59,489 nt of DNA from Tubiluchus corallicola (GCA_030141605.1 JAQGDQ010001146.1:1-59489); one strand, 5' to 3'; shown: positions 12,842 through 24,385, counted from the first letter of the stretch. Numbers and translations are program-made. Notes: generated by a model not told the origin, from the letters alone.

Positions 12842-12967
12842 GTGAGGTCGAAGTTAATTAACACTCTGAGTCAGATGCCGGTCAACAGTTCCTCGTCCAT
12901 GAGACAGGTGTCGGCCATGTTGAGCAAAGTTACCACGGTGCCGGCGCAACTTTATCCAGAAGCCAAG
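12842..12967 (+). CDS. PKD1-like gene, exon 7 in window
   Basis: tttccag| ... AAG|gtaaga. Encodes VRSKLINTLSQMPVNSSSSMRQVSAMLSKVTTVPAQLYPEAK (R..L...L....V.S....Q....L..VT..P..L, typical of the post-REJ helical region of PKD1-like proteins). Phase 0 to 0. Confidence 0.9.
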
Positions 12968-14217
12968 GTAAGATAAATGCCGTTCTAACTGTGGCGGTTG
13001 CCCTTTAATATAACCACGCAGTTTTTTTCATGTTATCAGCAGTCGACGGTCTCAAAGGTGAAGACGACAGTTGCAGTAACTCAAGCTCTTTATTATCGCT
13101 ATAAAGTTTAGATCTGCATTCATTATAGACGTGTTAAATTATAATTTCGTGATGATATGTCTTGAATAAAAAACTTTAACTGTTTTTAATTATTTATATT
13201 GTAGGTAATCAACCTATCGTTCACAACGAATGTAATAAATTTTTTGAAGTTTTCCCCTCTGGCACCACATACTATTCAACTAGTACTAAAACCACTAGGA
13301 TTTCAAATTAATTTTGCCCTCTTACATTTTGCACCATTCACACTAAATTTGAGTAAATTAGCAATATTCTCTGTATCACTGTAGTTTATTAGCACTTATG
13401 TTACTGCAGATTGTTAGTGTTAATTATCTCTTTGTTGTAGTAGGTGAAACTTCAAAATATTTCATTGTAGGTATTATAATATGTGTGCTTGTACAGTAAA
13501 ATCGTCTATAAGTCGGCAATTAAGTTTTTCTAGTTATTCACATATCCTGAATCTCCATTTCATGAGAATCATTTTGATACCAAGTTCATCACTCTATGTT
13601 ATTTCTAAGCTGAGATAATCCACGTTGAAGTTGAGGTGCAGGCTGCACACTGAAGAACATAATCTTGAGAAAATCGCTGTTAAAGTCAGCCATTTCTACT
13701 AAACATTTAGCAACCGTACAAATGTCCGTTACTACGGACTTTACTAGAGCACATTGAAGTTATGTTTAAATCCAGTAGACGGCTCTTCCTCAAGAAGATC
13801 TGGGCTTGGCAACAGGAAAAATCCGAAACAAAATGACTGCTTCCACGAGCTACTGTCTGAGCTTTTTACAATTGTATTACTAGTTTCTAGACAGAAAAGT
13901 GGGTAGAGAGTTATAAAATTAGTGTTTTTTGAACACTTTTTTAATAATTTGATGCTAGAATATAAAAGTCCAATATATTTAGCATTTGTCTTTATAAAAA
14001 ACAAAAAATTGACATTTGACCCAATTTTTGGTGCATTCTACTTTGAAGCATCATCACATAGTTTTAACTATGGCGACTCGTGGATGGTTTTGGTTTGCAA
14101 GCACACATATAATGACAATAAATTACTTACTTACATACTTGCTTACTTACTCACCAACATTGACATTTTTTACATATTTTAGTGTGAATAAAGTAATAAT
14201 CGTAGGGAACTATTTGA

Positions 14218-14571
14218 GTGTTAGGGCTGGGTTTGGGTTAAGGATAAGATTAGGGTTAGGGTTTGGGTTGAGGCTTGGGTTAGGGCTGGGTTAAGATTAA
14301 AGATAGGATTAGGGTTAAGGTTAGGGGTAGGATAACGGTAAGGGTTAGAATCAGGGTTGGGGTTGGGGTTAAGGTTTGGGTTAGGGCTGGCTTAAGGTTA
14401 AGAATAGGATTAGGGTTAGGGTTAGGGTTAGGATAAGGATTAGGGTAAGGGTTAGGATCAGGGTTGGGGTTGGGGTTAAGGTTTGGGTTAGGGCTGGCTT
14501 AAGGTTAAGGATAGGATTAGGGCTAGGGTTAGGATAAGGATTAGGGTAAGGGTTAGGATTAGGGTTAGGGT
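14218..14571 (+). repeat. Intronic degenerate (TTAGGG)n-like array with ~100-bp higher-order units
   Basis: Runs of ttaggg/ttaagg/ttgggg; the block tttgggttagggctggcttaaggttaag...atcagggttggggttggggttaagg recurs about 3 times. Confidence 0.9.
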
Positions 14572-14676
14572 ATTGAAATTGTGTGGGGTATTGTAAACTT
14601 CTTCCCAATTTATCAACTTGAACTTTTTTTCACATTTTAGTGTGAATAATATAATAATCGTATTGAACTATTTTAG

Positions 14677-14768
14677 ATTGAAGCCGTGGGGAAAATGGTG
14701 GAAATTGTTGAAGCCAGCAACGCAACAGTTGAAGGGGTTCATGTGGATGACATGACACAATCTTTTCA
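14677..14768 (+). CDS. PKD1-like gene, exon 8 in window
   Basis: ttttag| ... TTTCA|gtatgt. Encodes IEAVGKMVEIVEASNATVEGVHVDDMTQSF. Phase 0 to 2, matching the phase-2 start of the next exon. Confidence 0.82.
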
Positions 14769-15120
14769 GTATGTGCATTTTTGATTTTTCATCTCCTTAG
14801 ACGTTTTGGCATTCTGAAAATTCGAATGCAACACAGTGTGAAGGCCTGCTTAGCATTGATGATTGTGGCAAGACCAGTATCTATCTGTTTGTGCCGCCAA
14901 ACATGTCGTAGTCATTCAGCTGTTTCTATGACTTCCCCCCCCCCGAACTTGACAATTTAACAAAATGTGATAATTTCTTCTGCATTATCCATATCTAAAC
15001 ATACTAGTTTACCAGATTCCTAGTTTTGTATTTGGGAAAATGAATGTTGAGTGTATGCTGATAAAAAAGTAAAAAAAAACACATGGAAATCGCTGAATGT
15101 ATCATCTTTGTTTGTATAGA

Positions 15121-17192
15121 TACTAGCCCGTAACCTGCTCACTTTGCTCTGTTATTGCAGCCTTTTGTAATTGTTGCCTTTTACAATCATTTGGTAGTAC
15201 ATTGCGTTGTGAAGAAAAACACTGCACGGCAGGTTTAGTGTTCAACGTCTGTTTATTTTGAGATAACTCACTTTTGTGACCTCACTGTTCCAAATATATT
15301 ACAATGATAAAAGATATGTGATGAGAGATAACCTCTTCCAATGAGCCAAGTTTGCCAAAGTTAAAGCCAGTTCAAGAGTCTGGCTTGCCCGATACTGTGT
15401 GTGAGCTAGTCAGAGAGTTTACTGAGTGACTGCCAGTGAGTTACTGAGTGTGTGAGCTAGTCAGAGAGTTTACTGAGTGACTGTCAGTGAGTTACTGAGT
15501 GTGTGAGGTAGTCAGAGAGTTTACTGAGTGACTGCCAGTGAATTTCTGTGTGTTTTGAGCTGGTCAGAGAGTTTACTGAGTGACTGCCAGTGAGTTTCTG
15601 AGTGTGTGAGCTAGTCAGAGAGTTTACTGAGTGGCTGCCAGTGAGTTTCTGAGTGTTTTGAGCTGGTCAGAGAGTTTACTGAGTGACTGCCAGTGAGTTT
15701 CTGAGTGTGTGAGCTAGTCAGAGAGTTTACTGAGTGACTGCCAGTGAGTTTCTGAGTGTTTTGAGCTGGTCAGAGAGTTTACTGAGTGACTGCCAGTGAG
15801 TTTGTGAGAGTGTGAACTAGTCAGAGAGTTTATTGAGTGACTGCCAGTGAGTTTCTGAGTGTGTGAGCTAGTCAGAGAGTTTACTGAGTGGCTGCCAGTG
15901 AGTTTCTGAGTGTTTTGAGCTAGTCAGAGAGTTTACTGAGTGACTGCTAGTGAGTTTCTGAGTGTGTGAACTAGTCAGAGAGTTTAGTGAGTGACTGCCA
16001 GTGAGTTTCTGAGTGTGTGAGCTAGTCAGAGAGTTTACTGAGTGACTGTCAGTGAGTTTCTGAGTGTGTGAGCTAGTCAGAGAGTTTACTGAGTGACTGC
16101 CAGTGAGTTTCTGAGTGTTTTGAGCTGGTCAGAGAGTTTACTGAGTGACTGCCAGTGAGATTGTGAGAGTGTGAACTAGTCAGAGAGTTTATTGAGTGAC
16201 TGCCAGTGAGTTTCTGAGTGTGTGAGCTAGTCAGAGAGTTTACTGTGTGGCTGTCAGGGAGTTTCTGAGTGTTTTGAGCTGGTCAGAGAGTTTACTGAGT
16301 GACTGCCAGTGAGTTTCTGAGTGTGTGAACTAGTCAGAGAGTTTAGTGAGTGACTGCCAGTGAGTTTCTGAGTGTGTGAGCTAGTCAGAGAGTTTACTGA
16401 GTGACTGTCAGTGAGTTTCTGAGTGTGTGAGCTAGTCAGAAAGTTTACTGAGTGACTGCCAGTGAGTTTCTGAGTGTTTTGAGCTGGTCAGAGAGTTTAC
16501 TGAGTGACTGCCAGTGAGTTTGTGAGAGTGTGAACTAGTCAGAGAGTTTATTGAGTGACTGCCAGTGAGTTTCTGAGTGTGTGAGCTAGTCAGAGAGTTT
16601 ACTGAGTGGCTGCCAGGGAGTTTCTGAGTGTTTTGAGCTGGTCACAGAGTTTACTGAGTGACTGCCAGGGAGTTACTGAGTGTGTGAGCTAGTCAGAGAG
16701 TTTACTGAGTGACTGCCAGTGAGTTTCTGAGTATGTGAACTAGTCAGAGAGTTTACTGAGTGACTGCCAGTGAGTTTCTGAGTGTGTGAACTAGTCAGAG
16801 AGTTTACTCAGTGACTGCCAGTGAGTTTCTGAGTGTGTGAACTAACTAGTCAGAGAGTTTACTGAGTGATCGCCAGTGAGTTTCTGAGTGTGTGAGCTAG
16901 TCAGAGAGTTTACTGAGTGACTGCCAGTGAGTTTCTGAGTGTGTGAGCTAGTCAGAGAGTTTACTGAGTGACTGCCAGTGAGTTTCTGAGTTTGTGAGCT
17001 AGTCAGAGAGTTTACTGAATGACTGCCAGTGAGTTACTGAGTGTGTGAGCTAGTCAGAGAGTTTACTGAGCGACTGCCAGTGAGTTACTGAGTGTGAGTT
17101 AATCAGAGAGTTTACTGAGTGACTGCCAGTGAGTTACTGAGTGTGAGTTAATCAGAGAGTTTACTGAGTGTCAGCTTTTTTATTTTATTTTT
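15121..17192 (+). mobile_element. Helitron-like non-autonomous element (HINE/Lep1-type layout) whose microsatellite segment has expanded
   Basis: Starts tactagcccgtaacctgctcactttgc, has a gccaagttt motif immediately before a GAGT/ACTG-based repeat, and ends in a T-rich tract. Confidence 0.45.
15397..17170. repeat. 51-bp satellite-like array, about 35 copies
   Basis: Unit gtgtgtgagctagtcagagagtttactgagtgactgccagtgagtttctga (starts at 15397, 15448, ...). Confidence 0.97.
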
Positions 17193-17669
17193 AACAGCCA
17201 ATGCTTCACTAAACCAGGAAGCTTTTTTAATTAGGTGACATTTCTGGTGTGCCGGCTGGTACAGACAGCAGTTAATTATATCTGTGTCCTAGTTTGCAAG
17301 CTTAATGTCAGCTCCAACAAGGAAGTGCTGCACACTGGCATTGTATATGATGATAAATCTAAATCTAAAGGAACAGGGAATTTACTTGTCGACAAAGCAA
17401 ATCAATAACCTTATAGCAGTTCACTAATATAATTTTTTGCACTCTTCGAACAATGGGGTCCAAGTAGTTAGTCCTGTCATGCTTTGTTGTCGTTTTAAAT
17501 GTTTTTTCAGACAAAGAGTAATAAGCGTGTATTATACAGACCCACCCGTTCATTGAAACCTGTGTGCACATTCACTTTAGGGTAAATTTCAAGAAAAACC
17601 ATTTTAGTCAAGTTAATGCTTCAGACTCCCCCAACTGCAGATTCGTTCGCTAAATCTATATGTACATTT

Positions 17670-18131
17670 ACATTCTGATCTCGTTTTGCCGGACCTCCCT
17701 TTTAACGGACATTGGTAGAGTCGGACAACATCTGGTCCGTAGAAAGTCCCGCATACTACCGATACAGTCCGCTATTTCGAGAGCTCACCTCTAGTTGGCG
17801 GGCCGTCACTTTGTTTATATCCAAGCAACGTGTAACGACACGTGTGCCTCTTGTATGTCAGCGTGTTTAGTGGTTTAATCAGCATGTGCAAGTGGTTTAG
17901 AGACAGTTATGCTGAGTTATTTGAGTTAATTGCCGACAGTTTTTATATACTTTTACATAGGAGCGGCCCGCACGAGATGTTGTTGAGACAATTAGACGAC
18001 TGATTCTACATTACTGTGAGTCTAATACACGGCGCCTACTATATTAGCTTAGTATCAGAAAATATGAACAATCGGCAAATTCGGACTGAAGTCTCGCCAC
18101 TTTTGTCCAGGAAACCGAGATATGAGTGTAT
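17670..18131 (-). mobile_element. MITE copy B, inverted relative to 6008-6412
   Basis: ttgagacaattagacgactgattctacattactgtgagtctaa matches the reverse complement of ~6115-6157; it ends aaaccgagatatgagtgTA. Confidence 0.75.
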
Positions 18132-18139
18132 TTTGGAGA

Positions 18140-18324
18140 AACTGCTGTAAGGAATACCCAGTAAACGGGCAGATCCATTAATGGGATTCATTGACAAGTT
18201 CTGGTTGTATTTGAGGACGGTGCTATCTGTCAGTGTGCCAAGTTTCAGCTCTGTAGATGCAATAGTTGAGGCATGCATAAAGAGACTACAGACACATGCA
18301 CACGCACACGCACACACACACACT

Positions 18325-18356
<32 letters not shown>

Positions 18357-18470
18357 CAAAAAAACACACACAAACACACATGCACGCGCACGCGCGCCCA
18401 CACACACACACATATGTATATACATGCACACGCAGACCTCTCAAGCCTTCATAAGTAGTAGTAGTAGAAG
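18140..18470 (+). mobile_element. Helitron-like short element with (CA)n microsatellite (18290-18433)
   Basis: tgtgccaagtttcagctc motif, then (CA)n, then a cataagtagtagtag end; same layout as the element at 15121. Confidence 0.45.
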
Positions 18471-18711
18471 AAGCAATAGAAGTTTCAGTGTAGATGTAAG
18501 TGGGATTCTTTTGTGTATCGTCGTTTAGTTATGTATATTTCTTAATTTGATTTAGATGAAAAAGTGATAAAATCATGGCAGAAAGACGAATTAAAGAGCA
18601 TCCGGAGCATACTTTTATGGGGATTTTTTGATAATTTCATCAATAAGATGAAAGATAAGATGATTTAGATCAAAAATTGCAGTTTATTCATTATTTTTAG
18701 TTCTTTTATAG

Positions 18712-18859
18712 GTCGGTTTTGAGCGGAGTTTCAAACGTGCTTGGTGGCGTGATTGAAGAAGCGAGGATCGTTCGAAATGACACGGATTTGAAGGCACACA
18801 TAAGTGAAAACTTTATAGCTTTGCATGATAATATGGCGGTCGAAGATGTAATAGATCAG
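18712..18859 (+). CDS. PKD1-like gene, exon 9 in window (probable GC donor)
   Basis: ttcttttatag|G. Encodes QSVLSGVSNVLGGVIEEARIVRNDTDLKAHISENFIALHDNMAVEDVIDQ. The best phase-0 donor is CAG|gcaagt; an alternative is GAT|gtaata at 18847. Confidence 0.75.
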
Positions 18860-18880
18860 GCAAGTTCAGAGGATAAAATG

Positions 18881-19183
18881 CAGGGTTGTACCGGGCCCGG
18901 TTCTGATTCTGAGATCCAGTAATTTTGATGGGTCCGTATCTGATCCGGAAATATAGTTTTACAAATAGAAAAACAGAAATACAAACAGCGCAAAAATAGA
19001 TGAATATTTTCGCCCAATTTTTGTCAAATTTTGCTCTGTTTGTTTGCAGTGCATTGAAACATGAACAAAATGCTAAAGAAACGAAGCACCGTTTACATTA
19101 ATTTGTAGATCTGGAACCTGATCCTGCGCACGCAGATCCGTATCCGATCAGGGTCCGTCAAAAATGGATCCAATGCATCCTTA
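18881..19183. mobile_element. hAT-like MITE with repeated GATCCG motifs
   Basis: Degenerate TIRs cagggttgtaccggg / ggatccaatgcatcctta, with internal gatccg/atccga repeats. Confidence 0.55.
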
Positions 19184-19393
19184 GTAAAGTGCTCTGTTAT
19201 CTCAGTACAAGAGTGTTGCTCCTTTCTGATTTTCATTTTCTGAGAAAGCTTCAAAGGTTCACCCCACTTAGATTTCATTTCTATGGATAAATGGGTCCAA
19301 CATCTAATAGGTGAACGTTTAAGTCGATGCTTGTTCATTCTGATTTTTCTCAGAACTGGTGTGAAATAGTTTGTGTGTGTTGTCTATGCAAAC

Positions 19394-19515
19394 CTTTGTC
19401 TATCTATTTGTCTTATTTATACCAGTCTTTGTCTATCTATTTGTCTTATTTATACCAGTCTTTGTCTATCTATTTGTCTTATTTATACCAGTCTTTGTCT
19501 ATCTATTTGTCTTAT
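19394..19515. repeat. 33-bp tandem repeat, about 3.5 copies
   Basis: Unit ctttgtctatctatttgtcttatttataccagt. Confidence 0.9.
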
Positions 19516-20128
19516 CTATTTCATGCAAAATCTATACTGCTACAAGATGGTTTGCACGTACACATTTTAACGATAAGTCATTTGAAACGCGTCGAAACAA
19601 ACATTTCGTTTTCTTCCTCTGATTTACATCATGCATAGGCGACGTCATGTAATGGTGCCATCGGAACAGTATTACGGGAGATTTAAAATGAAAACAAAGA
19701 AAAATTACTTTCAATGCGAGTACAATATATGCATAAAATTACTATGAAGTAATATTATTCTTTAGCGTGATTTTTTTTTGAAACCTACTACAGATAACCC
19801 TTTTCTCGTCCTTTCAAATAAATTGAAATTGCTTAATTGAAATCTATGCTGCTTACAATAATTACTTCGTCATTGTAATAAATGAGTTAGCACTTCTTTT
19901 CAACAGCAAATGACCCCATATGGTCATCCGTAATGTCCAGTTTTCCTGTGGCCGAGTGTGTTTGCCAATGAGCTATTATTGCTGTAACAAGTAGCTGTTG
20001 CTGACCATGTAAAATGCAAAAGACTGCACAGGCTTGGACGTGCAATTATAGAGTTGCCATATTTGGAGGCATTTAATTATAGCCAAATCTTATTTATACA
20101 TGATCGTATTCTCTCTCAACAATTATGT

Positions 20129-20572
20129 CAGGGTTCCCACGGTCAGGAAAAATACAGGCTATCCTGGAAAGTCGTGGAAAAGTCAGGGAAAATGAAGAAA
20201 ACGGCGCGTAAGGTCAGGGAAATTGGAAAAGGTTGCAAAAATAATCACCGTGAACCGATATTTTTCCAAACATATTTTTTAACGATTCGTGTTCAAATGA
20301 AATTTTGCTATGGCAGGCTCCTAGTTTCCATTTCTGTTTCAAAAATAATGTTTGGATGAAGAAAGTTTATTTAATGTGATTAGTGTAATTTCGTTAGCAC
20401 TACTGCAGCTGTGCAGACGCATTATATATCACTATATGTATGAATGTCCATACACAAAAATGTTTGAATATGTATACTGGTAATACAATTTCTGCTTATC
20501 TTGGTCATGAAAAATCAATATTTGGTCAGGGAACGCCATGCAAATGTATTTTAAAATTCTGTGGGAACCCTG
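20129..20572. mobile_element. 444-bp MITE with perfect 12-bp TIR and 5-bp TSD (hAT5-like)
   Basis: tatgt|CAGGGTTCCCAC ... GTGGGAACCCTG|tatgt, with internal gtcagggaa subterminal repeats. Confidence 0.85.
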
Positions 20573-20766
20573 TATGTGTGCAAAACGATTGAAGATAAAA
20601 TTAGCACTGAAATAAATGCTTTCACATTATTAAAAAGCTGTGCATTTGAAAAAGTCGTACAATTTTGCAAAACAGTGCAATGGTTCACATTAACCCTATT
20701 TCTCGTAGTTACCATGGCCGAAGCAAAGCGTTGGTTCAATAATATTACGTTGTATTTACGTTTCAG

Positions 20767-20917
20767 GCTAAAGACATTGCTGGGAAATCCGTTCAGGTTA
20801 TTGATGGAATTTGCGACGTTCTGTTTGACCACGTGATCCAGGATGAGGAACCGTCTTCATTTGTCACTCCACTAGTGACGGTTTCCGTCTTGCGCCAGAA
20901 TGCAGGCCAGTTAGCAG
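20767..20917 (+). CDS. PKD1-like gene, exon 10 (last exon found in window; gene continues beyond it)
   Basis: tttcag| ... CAG|gtaagg. Encodes AKDIAGKSVQVIDGICDVLFDHVIQDEEPSSFVTPLVTVSVLRQNAGQLA (L....V..E.P....T motif that precedes the GAIN beta region in PKD1-like proteins). Phase 0 to 1, with a strong donor. Confidence 0.88.
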
Positions 20918-21505
20918 GTAAGGTGCAGTTTGCATGATTCTACCACGATGTTAGCATTGGTTTTTGGCCTCAACTTTAAGGATAATTCATGTAGTTAAAC
21001 AATACCACGTCGGTGAATAATTGAATGGGTGACTCAATCAGATGTCGTGACGTGGCACTCAATGATGCATGATATCTTCTTGCTGAATAAACTTCTTACT
21101 TTTAATTGAAGAAGCGCCCTCTGTCGAATTGTTTAATATCATATAAAGCAAAACGGAGGATACAAACGAGATATTATTCTCTGAACATGTTCTTCTCTTT
21201 ACATGATCTGCAGTTTTTAATATCAAAACAATGCCATTTTTAGTCTTTTGTGGGGGGGAGGCAGTAGTTTTTTTGTCATTTTTTGAAGGCAAATTATGCT
21301 AGTGATATTAAACTTCTGTTAAATTTTTGAAATCTGCTATTATCCATAATCATAAGGATAATAATAATAATATAATCATAAGGATTAATCTCTGACGTCA
21401 TGTTTTGTTAATTCGTCAAAGCTTAATTGGAAGTAATGAAGGAATTCGTATGCCCATCTCTTAGAATAAAAATCTTTAAATGTGAAGAAGACAACGATGT
21501 TCTCC

Positions 21506-21812
21506 GGGTGGTGTAGCTCAATGGTAACGTACTCACTTCCCATTCGGAAGGTCACTGGTTCAACTCCCGACTGAGTCGTACCAAAGACTAGAAAAATGGC
21601 ATTTCTTCGCCCAAGCGCTCAGCTTTATCGAAGTAACATGCTGGTAATAGTAATCGGGACCACCTTGGAATTAAATATTGAGTTACTTATAGTGTTATCC
21701 CTGGGCTATGTCCTAAAAGAAATCATTATTATTATGTTTGTGAGCGCTTTGACTAGTTGGAATTCTCCTGCAAGTTTCATTCTGAAGTATACCATGTAAA
21801 TAAATTAATAAA
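21506..21812 (+). mobile_element. tRNA-derived SINE (MetaSINE-like core)
   Basis: A box tagctcaatgg and B box ggttcaactcc, then gtcgtaccaaagactagaaaaatgg...gcgctcagc, then an L2-like tail tgtgagcgcttt...aaataaattaataa. Confidence 0.75.
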
Positions 21813-21820
21813 CCTCTGGC

Positions 21821-22530
21821 AAATACACTTATAATCAGTAATACGCGAACATCCTATGTAGTCTTCATTTATAACGCAAAGCCAATAGCTGCTTTTACTG
21901 AATTAAAGTTACAAAGTTATTAGCAGAGTGTAATGGATGACGTCACAACAATGGCTTTGTGTCAGCAGTTTTCCAAGCGAAAATTGTCGAAAATGGAACC
22001 TCCAATTAACTCATCACAGCTCTTCACGATGGACGTGTCCTAAAATGTAACTCACACCATCGTGTAGCCCTATTCTTCCTCTTTCTGAAGAGCTATATAT
22101 TTCATTCCAAGAATCCCACCAGTATGTATATCAAACCCATACCACTGAAATTAATATATACAACTAGCAAAGGCTCCGCAAAAAAATTTGGGTATAAATA
22201 CACTTATATATGTCAATAATGCGCGAACATCGTACATATTGCTCATTTATAACGCAAAGCCATTAGCAGCTTTTACTGAATAAAAGTTATAGGCAGAGTA
22301 TAATGGATGACGTCAGAACAATGGCTTTGCGTCAGCCGTTTTCCAAGCGAAAATTGCCAAAAATAGAACATCTAATTAACTCGTCGGCACTCCTCACGAT
22401 GGACGTGTCCTAAAATACAGCCCACACCATCGTGTAGCCCTGTTCTTCCTCTTTCTAAAGAGCCATGTATCTCCATCCAAGAGTCCCCCCAGTATGTATA
22501 TCAAGCCCATACCACTGAAATTAGTATATA
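21821..22530 (+). mobile_element. Two head-to-tail diverged ~340-370-bp units, Helitron-like
   Basis: 21821-22160 and 22161-22530 align along their length; the second begins aactagc and both end cataccactgaaatta(a/g)tatata. Confidence 0.6.
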
Positions 22531-22593
22531 AAATGCTTGTTACTGTCAAAGAAGTTATTATAGCGAAACAAGCAGAACTTTATTTGATAGACT

Positions 22594-22595
<2 letters not shown>

Positions 22596-22681
<86 letters not shown>

Positions 22682-22700
22682 TAATAATAATAATAATAAT
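22596..22700. repeat. (AAT)n microsatellite, possibly the tail of a minus-strand retroelement
   Basis: About 35 AAT units seen directly. Confidence 0.95.
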
Positions 22701-23393
22701 GAAAGCTTTATTTAAGATTCATGACACTTTAACTGTGAATCGGTTATATTCTAAGTGGTTCACAGAATATATGTACTGTACAAGATAATAGTTAAATTAA
22801 TTAATATCACATGAGCCTACAAATAAAAGATAAATAACATTAATAAAGAACAGTAATTAAAAAACAGTGCATAAACAAAGTAGTTTGAACGTATTATATA
22901 TAATGCTTAAGCTTAATAGTTCATGAAGAAGAAGAAAACGTGTTTGTTATTTTGGAGAATTGTCTCTGAGGCTAGTACTAATATATATATATATATATAA
23001 AGGATAGTTTTAGTATCGCATTAATGCACACTTAATGTAACTCGTTAATAGCTATGAGTGAAACTAGATGACTAGAAAACTGATTCTTGGATCCCCCACA
23101 TTTCAGTCGTCACCTTTGTCTTTTGTCAAGAAAGGCAGTGCAGACGTTTTCATTTTCCTTGGTTAAATTTGTCATGGCTCCGGATAGTAGCAGTTGACGG
23201 AAATCAGGCGCCGCTAGGTCATTACGTGGCGTTCCATTACTTGTGCTATGTTCTATATCAGAAATCTATATTCCTTTCATTATGGTGTCCAATATGCAGT
23301 AAAGTAAGTTGAGACATTAGTTACAACTTACAACGCAACAGTTTTGCAAATTCTTTGTTTTTGTAGTTCTGTCACAAATTGAACGTTGAAACG

Positions 23394-23620
23394 CAGGGCC
23401 TATTTCAAGGGGGGGAAGTGGGGATACTTCCCCGGTGCCTCACCCTCCAGGGGGGCCTCGCGCCAAGGTAACATTATTTTTTTTTGCTTTATGCGAACAT
23501 ACTGTGTAACTCCGTATTTTCTCTTCGAAAATGCTTCTCCGGCTTTCTAGCAGTTCAAAAATTTTCTGGCTGGCGCCCCCCCTCCCCGAGAAGGCCTCGC
23601 TTAGGCTGAAATAGGCCCTG
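23394..23620. mobile_element. 227-bp hAT-like MITE
   Basis: Perfect 14-bp TIR CAGGGCCTATTTCA / TGAAATAGGCCCTG, with degenerate 8-bp flanks ttgaaacg / attaaatg. Confidence 0.8.
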
Positions 23621-24299
23621 ATTAAATGTCAAACTAAGTAGTACTGTGTATGTCTCTTAATAAATCCAACTTGGTGCAAAGCTAAATGGATTTGTTTTAC
23701 AAATTAAACAGACCTATTAAGTTGTTTTTCTATGTTAATGCGTGAGTGCGTATCGTTGATTTATGAAGCCTTTTCTATTGCCAATGAAGCCAATGCTTGT
23801 GAAAAGTAATGCAAGTAAAATGCTTGTGAAAAGTGCAGTGCAATAATTTATTAGCTTTCATATGATTAAAGTTACTATGTATTGTTTACCTGCAATGCCA
23901 TTAACCTTTATACGTGATAAATTGTTTGGTGAGTTTAAAAATGCAATATATGCAACTTTAATATCGGCGATGATTCGGCATTCATTGATTCGAGTCATTA
24001 ACGTTTTCACACACACGTTGGTTTATCAGTGGGAATCTGTGTTTTAGTTTAATGTAATTACATAGAATTGCAAAAGGAGCATGAAACTTGCACCTAAACT
24101 TATAAAGAACAGTCATTAGTAAAATGACATTTACCATATCATGAACTTGACGTAAATCAAAAAGAAGTTTAGGCTAGAGTAAGTATTGGTTTAACTACAG
24201 ACTATCAGACTGCGTCACATGATTAGGACACTACACAAATTTTACTATGTGGATTCACTCATGAAATCGACTGCAGTCGTAGACAGCCACGACGTGTGC

Positions 24300-24385
24300 T
24301 ATTAACGCAATCCTGTTGTAACAGTTGTGGAAGAAAAATTCTTCGAAAGCCGTTTTAAAATTGTTACTGGAAAATGCATATATTG
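24300..24385 (-). pseudogene. Old GPCR relic (TM7 end / helix 8)
   Basis: Minus strand reads IYAFSSNNFKTAF, then a frameshift into RIFLPQL; compare VYAFSSTDFRLAFKNILFPQ in the intact copies. Confidence 0.6.

Noticed and set aside
14218-14608. True telomere, or the PNPNP ORF
   Set aside because: The array is short, degenerate and intronic; the ORF is its translation.
18860-18922. ORF continuation to a stop at 18922 as a terminal exon
   Set aside because: It runs into a MITE, and a good in-phase exon follows at 20767.
21506-21580. tRNA gene
   Set aside because: A and B boxes are present, but there is no convincing acceptor stem and it continues into a SINE core and tail.
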